A DNA stretch of 64,000 bases from Eledone cirrhosa (lineage: Eukaryota): contig OZ024752.1 in assembly GCA_964016885.1 (NCBI GenBank), positions 35,526,001-35,590,000 on the forward strand, read 5' to 3'. A program made the translations under genes and the position numbers. Every line of letters starts with the position of its first letter. Within the stretch, counting starts at the first letter, position 1. Under the pieces are notes generated by a model, which was not told the origin of the DNA, searched no databases, and was given only the letters and a program-made list of their open reading frames with translations. This document shows, piece after piece, positions 53,316 to 64,000 of the stretch.

Positions 53316-53431
53316 ATGCTTAATAAATATTAATGGCCCTAATAGTCGTTCCAATGTGCAAGAGTGGCCCGCCAATGGAATATGTTGCACACCCTTATTC
53401 TAACGACTCTGACAATTAGCCGCCTTTCAGT

Positions 53432-53918
53432 ATTCGTGGTCGTGCCCTTGACAGTAGAGTCTTCTGGTGTCCTTGGCCCTAGGGCTACCTCCCTACTCAC
53501 CACCATAGGTGCTGAGCTGGCCAGCCGTAGTAGTGGAGACTTCTGGTGTCCTTGGCCCTAGGGCTACCTCCCTACTCACCACCATAGGCGCTGAGCTGGC
53601 TAGCCGTAGTAGTGGAGACTTCTGGTGTCCTTGGCCCTAGGGCTACCTCCCTACTCACCACCATAGGTGCTGAGCTGGCCAGCCGCAGGTATGAGCGGTG
53701 TGAGTTAGAATGGCTCTTCCAGCGCATCTCCCTTACCATCCTCCGGGGAAAACGCCTTCTGTCTCCATTCTGTCCGCCGGGTATGTGGGGAGGCCAGCAC
53801 GTGGGACCCCATTTGCTCACCATCACGGAGAGATGGGGAGGGCGAAAGAGATGGAGGCGATGACAGTGGGAGTTCGGCTCTTCCACGTTCGGACCATATC
53901 CTTGTGGTTGTGTTCATT
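53432..53918 (+). mobile_element. Second copy of the CRE-like fragment, with three 79-bp units
   Basis: VVVPLTVESSGVLGPRATSLLTTIGAELASR...EWLFQRISLTILRG; homologous to 47335-48440 including the 3' flank. Confidence 0.85.
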
Positions 53919-54114
53919 AAGGGAGCATACAATACCTTACAAGGGATCTAATCTTGCCAAAAATTCAGTAGTCGATCCCAGCATGTTTAATATCCCATGT
54001 ATTTGTTTCAACATTTTAATGTTTCTCATCAAACTATTTATGTCTGAATTATTCATCTCGCTAAGATAAAGTTTCTTCCAATGATATTATTAGCAAGACT
54101 AACATATATACTCT

Positions 54115-54420
54115 TTTACTCTTTTACCTGTTCCAGCCATCCGGCTGAGGCCATGCTGGGGCACCGCCCTTGTTGCTACACATTTTTATCTCCAGCCTGT
54201 ATTGGTTGGCCACTGGTGCAAGAGGGAGTTTGTTGGTTTGTTGCTGCTGCTCTTTTAGGTTTCCCTCGTGCCTTGCTGTGGGCTCATCCGGGATCCTGAA
54301 TAGCAAGGTGTCGAGATGTTTCTTGAAGACATCCCCCACATCAACACCATGCAGATCTCTCAGATCCCTCGGCAGCTTGTTGAAGAGTTGAGGGCCCTTG
54401 AAACCCAGGCTATTGCAATA
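54115..54420 (-). pseudogene. CR1/L2-group LINE 3' fragment
   Basis: NSLGFKGPQLFNKLPRDLRDLHGVDVGDVFKKHLDTLLFRIPDEP; the tail is repeated at ~54977-55024. Confidence 0.75.
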
Positions 54421-54428
54421 TCAGCTCC

Positions 54429-54460
<32 letters not shown>

Positions 54461-54807
54461 TTTTTCTTTTTTGGCATTAAAAAGAAATAATCTCTTTTTA
54501 TAGAAAAGATCTATAAATAAATCTGATGAGAGACAGAACATCTTTAAGATGGATATAATTCCTGGTCTCTGCTTTATATTTTATATTTATGTCATTCTAT
54601 ATTTCTTCCTTCTATACAACCCCCTCTCCCACCACTCCCCCATCTCCCTTTTCCCATATGAATACATACATATATGTATACACACACACACACACACACA
54701 TATATATAATCAGTTAACGACTGTTATATATATATATATAAGATTACCCCGGGTTCAATCGGGGGTAACCACAGTAAGTAAGGTACTCAATACATGGCAG
54801 AGTATAA

Positions 54808-54930
54808 ATATTTAATATAGAAATGGCTTCTACAGGACTAGAACTGTTTAATTCGGGAGAAATCATCAGGGCTTCCTCATGATTTCTCCAGAATTAAACA
54901 GTTCTACTCCTGTAGAAGCCATTTCTATAT

Positions 54931-54937
<7 letters not shown>
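54808..54937. repeat. Fold-back insertion in (TA)n
   Basis: atatttaatatagaaatggcttctacagga...gaaatcat pairs with atgatttctcc...tcctgtagaagccatttctatattaaatat. Confidence 0.9.
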
Positions 54938-54979
<42 letters not shown>

Positions 54980-55055
54980 TCTTTTACCTGTGCCAGCCAC
55001 CCGGCTGAGGCCATGCTGGGGCACACATACATATATATATATGTACATATATGTG

Positions 55056-55120
<65 letters not shown>

Positions 55121-55123
<3 letters not shown>

Positions 55124-55726
55124 AGGTCACCAGTTGGTGCTACTGGTAACATGTATCCCAGTACAACCTGTCTCATGGTCGGGTCGTTGGCGACTAAACT
55201 AGCAACCCCACCAAGGTTTCTTGGTGAGGAGGGTGACTTTGGACATCCTACAGGACTAAAAACAAAACCTGTCAAAGGGCAAAGGAGCTCTTAAGAGTCA
55301 ATGGCCATCCAAAATCACCGGGAGAGATGACCCCTTAGCCTTTGTCAAGGCAGAATTCTAGGAGAAGGAAAACTCTGATATAACACCTGCAACCCTGATG
55401 GTATCCAATGATGTTGACTTGTTCTTCTTTTTGGTAAATATCATCTTGGTTAAGAGAGTGGGACTGGCTTTGTGCAGTGCCTTTGCTCACTATAAAAGCT
55501 TCACGGCACAGGCATTGCTTTATATCTGGAGATCTCTCTGCACTTGTCGTCACATGGTACCATGGGCCCAGCACTATGTGTCAGTAATTGTCACAAGAGT
55601 AGTATTTGTACCAGAGTTTTCAAGTCGCTGGCTGGACTAAAAAGTCACACTTGTTCAGCGCATCAGTAGGGGTTCTCCTACATGGACATAAAGTAGTGGC
55701 CGTACTCGAAAACGAGTTGGCAGCCA
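55121..55726 (+). mobile_element. Probable RTE 5' UTR fragment between (TA)n tracts
   Basis: GC-richer structured segment containing ctaggagaaggaaaactctga, a motif seen in RTE 5' UTRs. Confidence 0.45.
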
Positions 55727-55743
55727 CTATATATATATATACA

Positions 55744-55794
<51 letters not shown>

Positions 55795-56183
55795 GTATGT
55801 GTGTGTGTCTGTGTGCATGTTTGTGTGTGTGTGTGTATTCTCTACACAGTTCCTGCTTATTTCACTTATAGGTGACTCATACATATTAATCATGTAAAAC
55901 AGACTGCCTTTTTTTCTCAGCCTTGTCCAACTCCCAGTGTTAAAACTCAACTACATATTTTCAACAATCAATATTCTAGCTTCTCGGCTTTATATAAGAA
56001 AACTAAAAAAAAAAACAAATTGAACTCATTATAAATGCTAACTTCTCTCTCTCTCTCTTGTTGACCTCTGTTCTCCTCCCTCTCCCCTGCCCCTCTCTCT
56101 CTCTCTCTCTCTCTTTCTCTCTAAGTATCTATCTATCTCTATAGAAACTATAGACAGATACATAAATTCCAGACGGCGGTGCC

Positions 56184-56215
<32 letters not shown>

Positions 56216-56238
56216 TATATATATGTATATAATCATAA

Positions 56239-56869
56239 TCTCTGTACATAAATGGAAATTTCTGTCTGTTTGTTTGTTTGTGACTCTAAAACTCAAAAAC
56301 CACCAAACCCATCTTGATGAAACTTGACACATGTGTGGGGCTCATGCCCATTTGATTTCTTACCTATATTTCATTTTAATCAAAAGGTTCTCCGGGGGCT
56401 CAAACCCCCGCTGAAAACCCCCGCAGAAAATGTTTTCCCTTCGATTTATATGAAATTTAAACCATAGATAAATGACAAAATATGATCCCTATTCACAAAA
56501 TTTCAATAATATTAAGACACCCTAATAAGGGTTCTATTTCTTTCCTTATAGCAACACTCAACTAATCTGACAAACATTTTTGCGCCTGACCAATGCAATC
56601 AACAATATTTGGTTGTATTATTGGCCGAGGTTAACTTTGCCTTTCATCCTTACGGGGTCGATAAAATAAAGTACCAGTAATGCACTGGGATAATTGCTGG
56701 CCTGGTGCCAAAAGTAGAAACAATTATTGTTTTGTAAATGATGAATTTGTCTTCGCTTTTGATTATCTGTCCAATATTTTGATTTCATTTTTGGTCTGAG
56801 AGGCATTGGGCATTTTAATGGGAACTGGGAATACCCCTGCTTCCGGGTATTACCGGGTACCTCAGCTAG
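56239..56869 (+). mobile_element. Non-autonomous Helitron with a SINE fragment inserted
   Basis: 5' a^TC followed by (tgtt)n; 3' GC-rich ccgggtattaccgggt followed by CTAG^t; no TSD. Confidence 0.75.
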
Positions 56870-57166
56870 TATATAATATATATGTATATAAATTTATATG
56901 TGTATATTTATATACATATATATTATATACAAAACAATAATTGTACAAAACAATAATCATTTACAAAACAATAATTGTTTCTACTTTTGGCACCAGGCCA
57001 GCAATTATCTCAGTGCATTACTGGTACTTTATTTTATCGACCCCGTAAGGATGAAAGGCAAAGTTAACCTCGGCCAATAATACAACCAAATATTGTTCAT
57101 TGCATTGGTCAGGCGCAAAAATGTTTGTCAGATTAGTTGAGTGTTGCTATAAGGAAAGAAATAGAA
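56532..57166. repeat. 211-bp inverted duplication (56532-56742 and 56956-57166) of a Helitron/SINE junction
   Basis: The arms are near-exact reverse complements; SINE sequence resumes at 57167. Confidence 0.9.
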
Positions 57167-57271
57167 TGAAAGGCAAAGTTAACCTTGGCGGGATTTGAAC
57201 TCAGAATGGCAAGGGTTGTAACTCTATGCGTCAAAGCATGGCGCCCGGCCCTCTACTGATACTGCCAATGT

Positions 57272-57467
57272 GAAGACTAAAATCCAAAGAGGGCTCGATA
57301 AGGATAAATATATATCAGATATGTAAGAACCCTAGAGCAAATATTTATTAAAATAACAGATTAAAGTTTAAGCAAAGAATCGTTGCTTTCACCCTTAACG
57401 GGATCCCGTTAAGGGTGAAAGCAGCGATTCTTTGCTTAGACTTTAATCTGTTATTTTAATAAATATA
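57272..57467. repeat. Fold-back insertion with apex GGATCC at 57403/57404
   Basis: Arms 57340-57403 and 57404-57467; the unpaired tail matches 44081-44150. Confidence 0.9.
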
Positions 57468-57468
57468 T

Positions 57469-57524
<56 letters not shown>

Positions 57525-57779
57525 TAGATGAGAAGACAGATAGATTCACAGATGAATATATATATATATAAAATATATCTATATATATATATATATATTT
57601 TATATATATATATATATATATAAAATATATATATATATATATAATATATATATATAATATATATATATAGATATATAATATATATATATATATATATATA
57701 ATATATATATATATAGATATATATATATATATATAATATATATATATATAGATATATAATATATATATATATATATAAT

Positions 57780-57811
<32 letters not shown>

Positions 57812-57851
57812 ATATATATGTATATAATATAAATATATATATATAATATAT

Positions 57852-57931
<80 letters not shown>

Positions 57932-58022
57932 CGTATATGCGATCGCACGTACATATATATATATATATATATACATACGTATATGCGATCGCACGTACAT
58001 ATATATATATATATATATATAT

Positions 58023-58402
58023 AACGAAGGAAATGTGGTAAGGAACCAGGTGGACCATAACGCACCAAAGTACTCAATACTTAGGGTAGTAGAGTGGGTA
58101 ATAGGAACAAGTATGACCCCGACGGCAGAGCTCAAGCCGTTTCGACGGCTAATTCTGGACTCCAGAATTAGCCGTCTGGACTCCAGAATTAGCCGTCTGG
58201 ACTCCAGAATTAGCCGTCGAAACGGCTTGAGCTCTGCCGTCGGGGTCATACTTGTTCCTATATATATATATATAGTATGACCCCGACGGCAGAGCTCAAG
58301 CCGTTTCGACGGCTAATTCTGGAGTCCAGACGGCTAATTCTGGACTCCAGAATTAGCCGTCGAAACGGCTTGAGCTCTGCCGTCGGGGTCATACTTATTC
58401 CT
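58023..58402. repeat. Two adjacent palindromic copies of the 1527/36211 family, with a 21-bp unit reiterated at the apex
   Basis: ctggactccagaattagccgt three times at ~58156-58218; second hairpin at 58275-58402. Confidence 0.9.
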
Positions 58403-58572
58403 ATATATATATATATATATAAATGGAATAGAATGAAACGAAATTTCATTTCTCACTCTTAGTACGGCACTTACATACATACTTACATTTATATATATAT
58501 ATATTTATATATATATATATTTATATATATATATATTTATATATATATATATATACATTTATATATATATAC

Positions 58573-58638
<66 letters not shown>

Positions 58639-58650
58639 TTATATATATAC

Positions 58651-58740
<90 letters not shown>

Positions 58741-58875
58741 TTATATATATATATATATATACATTTATATATATATATATACATTTATATATATATATAT
58801 ACATTTATATATATATATATACATTTATATATATATATATACATTTATATATATATATTTATATATATATACATT

Positions 58876-58914
<39 letters not shown>

Positions 58915-59291
58915 ATATATATACATTTATATATATATATATATATACATTTATATATATATATATATATATATAGATTTATATATATATATATATATGT
59001 GCGTGCGTGCGTGCGCGCGCGCGCGTGTGTGTGTGTGTCTGTGTGTCAATCTAGCTGTCTAGTCATCTAGTTTTTTCTTTTATTGCGAAGGCCAGAAACT
59101 TTGCTCCTTATCGCCCACATGAACCGCATTCCTTGCATCAAGGCCAACTATTTTTGTTAAATGTAGACATGAAGCTAAACATACCAGCAACACCTTATGT
59201 ATTTATATAGTTTTCTTTCTCCATACAGTACTATAATGGCACTCTGTTATTACTCAAGTTTCCCACATATGTCTGTGACTATATATATATA

Positions 59292-59665
59292 TATTGTTAT
59301 ACTTTGGGAGGGTCATGTTGCCAATAAGAAACACACGCACCAGTTGCTTTCACTTCAATTTATTATATATTTATAAATTTATAAATTTACAAATCTACAA
59401 ACTTATAAATTTCTGGTTGGTTGGTTGGTTCCACAACCAGATAGTTGTTTATATATAGTCATAGTCCTTTCGTCACACAACCAACCAACCAAGCAGCCAA
59501 CCAGAAATTTATAAGTTTGTAGATTTGTAAATTTATAAATTTATAAATATATAATAAATTGAAGTGAAAGCAACTGGTGCGTGTGTTTCTTATTGGCAAC
59601 ATATCCCTCCCAAAGTATAACAATATCGGTTTCAACACACGATTTCAGATAAAGAATCTTGCTAA
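59292..59665. repeat. Fold-back insertion related to the terminus of the 39745-43278 PLE
   Basis: Arms ~59292-59430 and ~59490-59626; the tail aacacacgatttcagataaa resembles the reverse complement of 39750-39810. Confidence 0.8.
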
Positions 59666-59699
59666 ACAAATTCAGAAACGAAATATATATATATATATA

Positions 59700-60616
59700 T
59701 AATGGAAAAATTTGAACAGGGACAAAACAGAGAGGCAGTACAATAAATGTTTATTAATTTCACGTTCAGGAGAGTGGGGGGGGGGGGGGGGGACGTTTCG
59801 GGCATAAGCCCTTCCTCAGGTGAGAAGTGTGTGGGAACAGAGTTCAAAAGGTGTGTGGGGGAGTGGTGGAGAGATATATAGCGAAAGTAAACGGTGCCAA
59901 TGAAAAATTAACAAATAAAGATAAAAAATAAAAATAAAGCATGATCAAAATACAAGGAATGAGAAAATTTTAAAATAAAGGCATGATCAAAATAAACTGA
60001 AATTAAAAGGGGGGTAAACAGGTGGTGGAAGGGTGTGGGGTGAGTAGGGGGTGGCGGGTGGAGTGGGGAGAGGGAGACGGGGTGTCCGAGCGGGGAGGGC
60101 TGAAGGTGGTGTGTGTGTGTAGGTGTGCGTGTGTGTGTGTGTGTGTGTGTATGTCAAAGTAAGGGTTGGGGGAAGAACGGGGTTGCATGTTCAGGAAGAG
60201 GTGTGTGTGTGTGGGGGGTGTTTTTGTGGGTCGGAGTGTCTGTGCGTGTGTGGATAGGGGGGTGGGGGGAGAGGAATCAGGAGGCTGAGGGTGTAAATAT
60301 GTGGTGGGAAGCACGTGTGTGTGGGGTTGAAAGCGTTTTGTGGGTGTGGGTGGCGTGTGGAGAAAAAAAAATTTTGGGGGGTGTGTGTATGGGTGAGTTA
60401 TACAGGTGATGACGTAAGAGGATGGTTGAAAAGTTGGTAAGTTCCAAGGATTTTGGAGGATTGGTTATAAGTCAATTTCAGCGTGTGGGTAATCCATGAA
60501 GCGGTGGTCGGAAGAGGAGAGATGTGGGGTGCGCGCGCAACAGGAAGTGGTCAGCAGTGGGAGTGCTGTGGTCTGTTGGTGCTGGGAGGTGGTCAGAAGG
60601 GCATAGCAGCAGTCGA
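59700..60616 (-). mobile_element. Degraded PLE 3' end (endonuclease remnant, purine/GT-rich UTR, minimal hammerhead core at 59792-59819)
   Basis: The minus strand gives DHL...STPTADHF....H...LGTYQ and CTGAGGA-agggc ttat gccc-GAAAC-GTC. Confidence 0.55.
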
Positions 60617-60629
60617 TATATATATATAT

Positions 60630-61027
60630 GTAGAAGTTCTATTTAAATTGTTGGGATACAACAAGCAAATATTTTTATAACTATTATAAAGCACTCAACA
60701 AATTATTGGAGTAAATATACGATATATTAACAAATGGAAACTGTATTTATAAAACCATATTTATTTCATTATTCACATTTCAAGGACACCAAGTTAAATT
60801 ATGGTGTGCTTTCATCAGATAAAATATAATATAGATTAGTTTTATAAATAAATATTGACATACCCTTAAAGAATGCGACCATTTCTGTTGGAAGCTCCCG
60901 GGAGCTTCCAAGAGAAATGGTTGCATTTTTTAAGGGTATGTCAATATTTATTTATAAAACTGCTCTATATTATATTTTATCTGATGAAAGTACACCATAA
61001 TTTAACTTGGTGTTCTTGAAATATGTA
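60630..61027. repeat. Fold-back insertion (apex cccggg at 60899/60900) with hammerheads at 60764-60824 (-) and 60975-61030 (+)
   Basis: ttttat-CTGATGA-aag(c/t)acacca...tggtgt(c/t)ctt-GAAAT in both arms; same family as 3540 and 62947. Confidence 0.9.
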
Positions 61028-62555
61028 TAAATATGATAATAAGGGCGCTGCGGAGTTGCAAATGGGTTACATATGAAAAAAGTTTGTCCTTCATCAGTGA
61101 TCTTCCAACTATCATAGGCATTTCATCGCTTTAAAGACCATATACCTCCGGTTGGTGCGAGCAACGGCTAAAAAAAGTCGTTGGGACACGTAAATAAAGG
61201 GGACGCGAGGGTAAACAAACAAAATGGTGAGGCAACAGAAAGTGAGGAAGGAGGAAACAAGTCCCAGATTGCTATGAATTTAAGTTCGGTGAAATCGTGA
61301 ACGAGAGAATAAAGACTATCAAACCTGGTTGAAATGTGAGCAAGGAAGGAATTTCGCCCAGGTCTAACGGGAGGAAGAAGGGGTCTGGTCTGCGAATTCG
61401 GTAAACATAAGTTCTGTGAAATCGTAGACGAGAGAGAAAAAATTCGGACCAGCTTAGTCGAGAATGTGAGAGAAAAGAATTACTCACAGGTCAAACGGGA
61501 AGAAAGAGGAGGAGGAGAGGTAGTGACAGAGAATGAGTGAGTGAAGGGTGAGGAAGAGGCTAACAGAGAGAGAGACTGCTAGAAAGGGTAAAGATACATA
61601 GAACGAAAAAGACGGTGTAGCAGCAGAGGAAAAAATATGTGTAAATATGATAATAAGGGCGCTGCGGAGTTGTAAATGGGTTACATATGAAAAAAGTTTT
61701 CCTTCATCAGTGATCTTCCAACTATCATAGGCATTTCATCGCTTTAAAGACCATATACCTCCGGTTGGTGCGAGCAACGGCTAAAAAAAAGTCGTTGGGA
61801 CACGTAAATAAAGGGGACGCGAGGGTAAACAAACAAAATGGTGAAGCAACAGAAAGTGAGGAAGAAGGAGACAAGTCCCAGATTTCTATGAATTTAAGTT
61901 CGGTGAAATCGTGAACGAGAGAATAAAGACCATCAAACCTGGTTGAAATGTGAGCAAGGAAGGAATTTCGCACAGGTCTAACGGGAGGAAGAAGGGGTCT
62001 GGTCTGCGAATTCGGTAAACATAAGTTCTGTGAAATCGTAGACGCGAGAGAAAAAATTCCGACCAGCTTGGCCGAGAATGTGAGAGAAAAGAGTTACTCA
62101 CAGGTCAAACGGGAAGAAAGAGGAGGAGGAGAGGTAGTGACAGAGAATGAGTGAGTGAAGGGTGAGGAAGTGGCTAACAGAGAGAGAGACTGCTAGAAAG
62201 GGTAAAGATACATAGAACGAAAAAGACGGTGTAGCAGCAGAGGAAAAAATATGTGTGGTCTTTATTCTCTCGTTCACGATTTCACCGAACTTAAATTCAT
62301 AGAAATCTGGGACTTGTCTCCTTCTTCCTTACTTTCTGTTGCTTCACCATTTTGTTTGTTTACCCTCGCGTCCCCTTTATTTACGTGTCCCAACGACTTT
62401 TTTTAGCCGTTGCTCGCACCAACCGGAGGTATATGGTCGTTAAAGCGATGAAATGCCTATGATAGTTGGAAGATCACTGATGAAGGACAAACTTTTTTCA
62501 TATGTAACCCATTTGCAACTCCGCAGCGCCCTTATTATCATATTTACACATATTT
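61028..62555. repeat. Non-coding 614-bp tandem dimer followed by an inverted partial copy
   Basis: 61028-61641 matches 61642-62256; 62256-62555 is the reverse complement of ~61633-61932. Confidence 0.92.
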
Positions 62556-62561
62556 ATATAT

Positions 62562-62725
62562 ATATTGTTATACTTGGGGAGGGTCATATTTGCGTAATAT
62601 TGCCAGAATTAATAACAGAACACACTCACTGTTTGGTTGGTTTTCGCTTCTCGCTGTCTTTTATATCTGCGATCTAACTTACTCGGTCCTCAATGTTGCC
62701 ATTGACTGACCGACGGTCAAAAATA

Positions 62726-62730
<5 letters not shown>
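62562..62730 (-). mobile_element. Short terminal fragment of the 39745-43278 PLE family
   Basis: Near-identical to 39787-39962; flanked by TA repeats. Confidence 0.9.
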
Positions 62731-62786
<56 letters not shown>

Positions 62787-62894
62787 AAATCTGCGGGGAG
62801 ACCACAAATCGGAGGAGTACTCTATGCATGGAAAGAAGCAGAGAGGGTGGAGAGGAAGGTAAAAACCTGAGAAGGTCTGCAGCCAGCTCCCCCT

Positions 62895-62946
<52 letters not shown>

Positions 62947-62949
<3 letters not shown>

Positions 62950-63402
62950 GATATTAAATAAATGGAAACTATATTTATAAAACCATATTTATTTCGTTAT
63001 ATATATTTCAGGGATATCATATTAACAATATGTTATGCCTTCTTCAGACAAAATACAATATAAACAGTCTTATAAATAAATAGATACGACATACCTTTCA
63101 ATCACCTTGCATTTGGGAGGTTGATTTGGCAGTCAAATCAACCTCCCAAATGCAAGGTGATTGAAAGGTATGTCGTATCTATTTATTTATAAGACTGTTT
63201 ATATTGTATTTTGTCTGAAGAAGGCATAACATATTGTTAATATGATATCCCTGAAATATATATAACGAAATAAATATGGTTTTATAAATATAGTTTCCAT
63301 TTATTTAATATCATAAATATATTCCAAATACTTGTTGAGTGCTTTTATATCAGTTATAAATATTTACTCGTTGTTAACCCAACAATTTAAATATAACTTT
63401 CC
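62947..63402. repeat. 369-bp palindrome (centre 63131) plus unpaired tail, with hammerheads at 63209-63270 (+) and 62992-63053 (-)
   Basis: ttttgt-CTGAAGA-aggcataacatatt/aatatgatatccct-GAAA-tatata-TA-acgaaa. Confidence 0.92.
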
Positions 63403-63426
63403 ATATATATATATATATATATTTAT

Positions 63427-63870
63427 TAAGGCGAGTAGAATTCCCGCGATCCATGGATGAGTTCTCTCCAGTGGTCTCTACCCTTCATCATCGACGCTAT
63501 GTCCCGTTCTTCCCCGAGACCAGTGTCTGTCCTTGGGGTATCAACATATGCCACCCCTGCTCTGCTTCTTCCAGTGTGTCCTTGTAGGGGCTCCTACAGG
63601 ATCAACAAGTACAGTGTCAGCCCTGAATGTCGCTGAGCATGTCCAACTGACCTCAGTCTCCTCTGTGTCATTTGCGAGCTGACGTTTGGAAGGCTTCTGT
63701 ACAGCACTGAGTTCTTCATCCTCAGTGCGTACTGGTTAATGTTCAGAACCCTCTTCAGTATTCTTATGTAGCACCCATCCACCATCTGAGTGAGTCTCTT
63801 AGTCAGTGTTCAAATCCCAGGCCTGTACAGCAACACAAATTCCACTGTAGCAACGAAGGGACAAATCTGA
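63427..63870 (-). pseudogene. RTE-like LINE 3' fragment (diverged EFYPP* family)
   Basis: MVDGCYIRILKRVLNINQYALRMKNS...RRLRSVGHAQRH. Confidence 0.85.
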
Positions 63871-64000
63871 AGCTCTAATATATTTGCACTATACTATCCC
63901 AAGTATCCGGTATTCTGCTGAATAATAGCCTTACTAATTTAAAACTGGTTTAATCCTGATCTCTCTCTCTCTCTATATATATATATATAGAGAGAGAGAG

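Larger units (their letters stand above)
50845..53397. mobile_element. Non-autonomous hAT (Charlie-like) element containing a satellite and a SINE
   Basis: TIRs CAGGGGCTTGCAAC and GTTGCACACCCTTA, subterminal ggcccg motifs at both ends, 8-bp flanks ttctgaag/ttctaacg. Confidence 0.75.

Noticed and set aside
54523-54575. CTGATGA-gagacag...ctggtctc as a hammerhead
   Set aside because: A stem II-like pairing exists, but the GAAA-NUH half is missing.

Overview
This is AT-rich, repeat-saturated animal genomic DNA with no confidently identifiable host gene. The tRNA-derived SINEs, RTE LINEs and very long (TA)n tracts suggest an octopus/cephalopod genome (inference). The only long intact coding region is a young, 5'-truncated Penelope-like retroelement (RT plus C-terminal GIY-YIG endonuclease, 40462-42760). 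It is bracketed by an apparently perfect 671-bp inverted repeat and sits in (TA)n. The most striking unannotated signal is a set of more than a dozen type I hammerhead-ribozyme (HHR) motifs from several unrelated sequence families. Many lie in short non-coding fold-back (palindromic) insertions in (TA)n microsatellites, some with a ribozyme on both strands, and one pair of different HHRs frames a 301-nt segment. The window also holds RTE, CR1 and CRE-like LINE fragments, SINEs, Helitrons, hAT/mariner/piggyBac-like MITEs, a probable solo LTR and several tandem arrays (27/29, 48, 48, 55, 79 and 614 bp), at least three of which grew out of mobile-element sequence. Most ORFs in the supplied track are microsatellite or repeat artefacts. 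Coordinates were read by eye and element edges are approximate.
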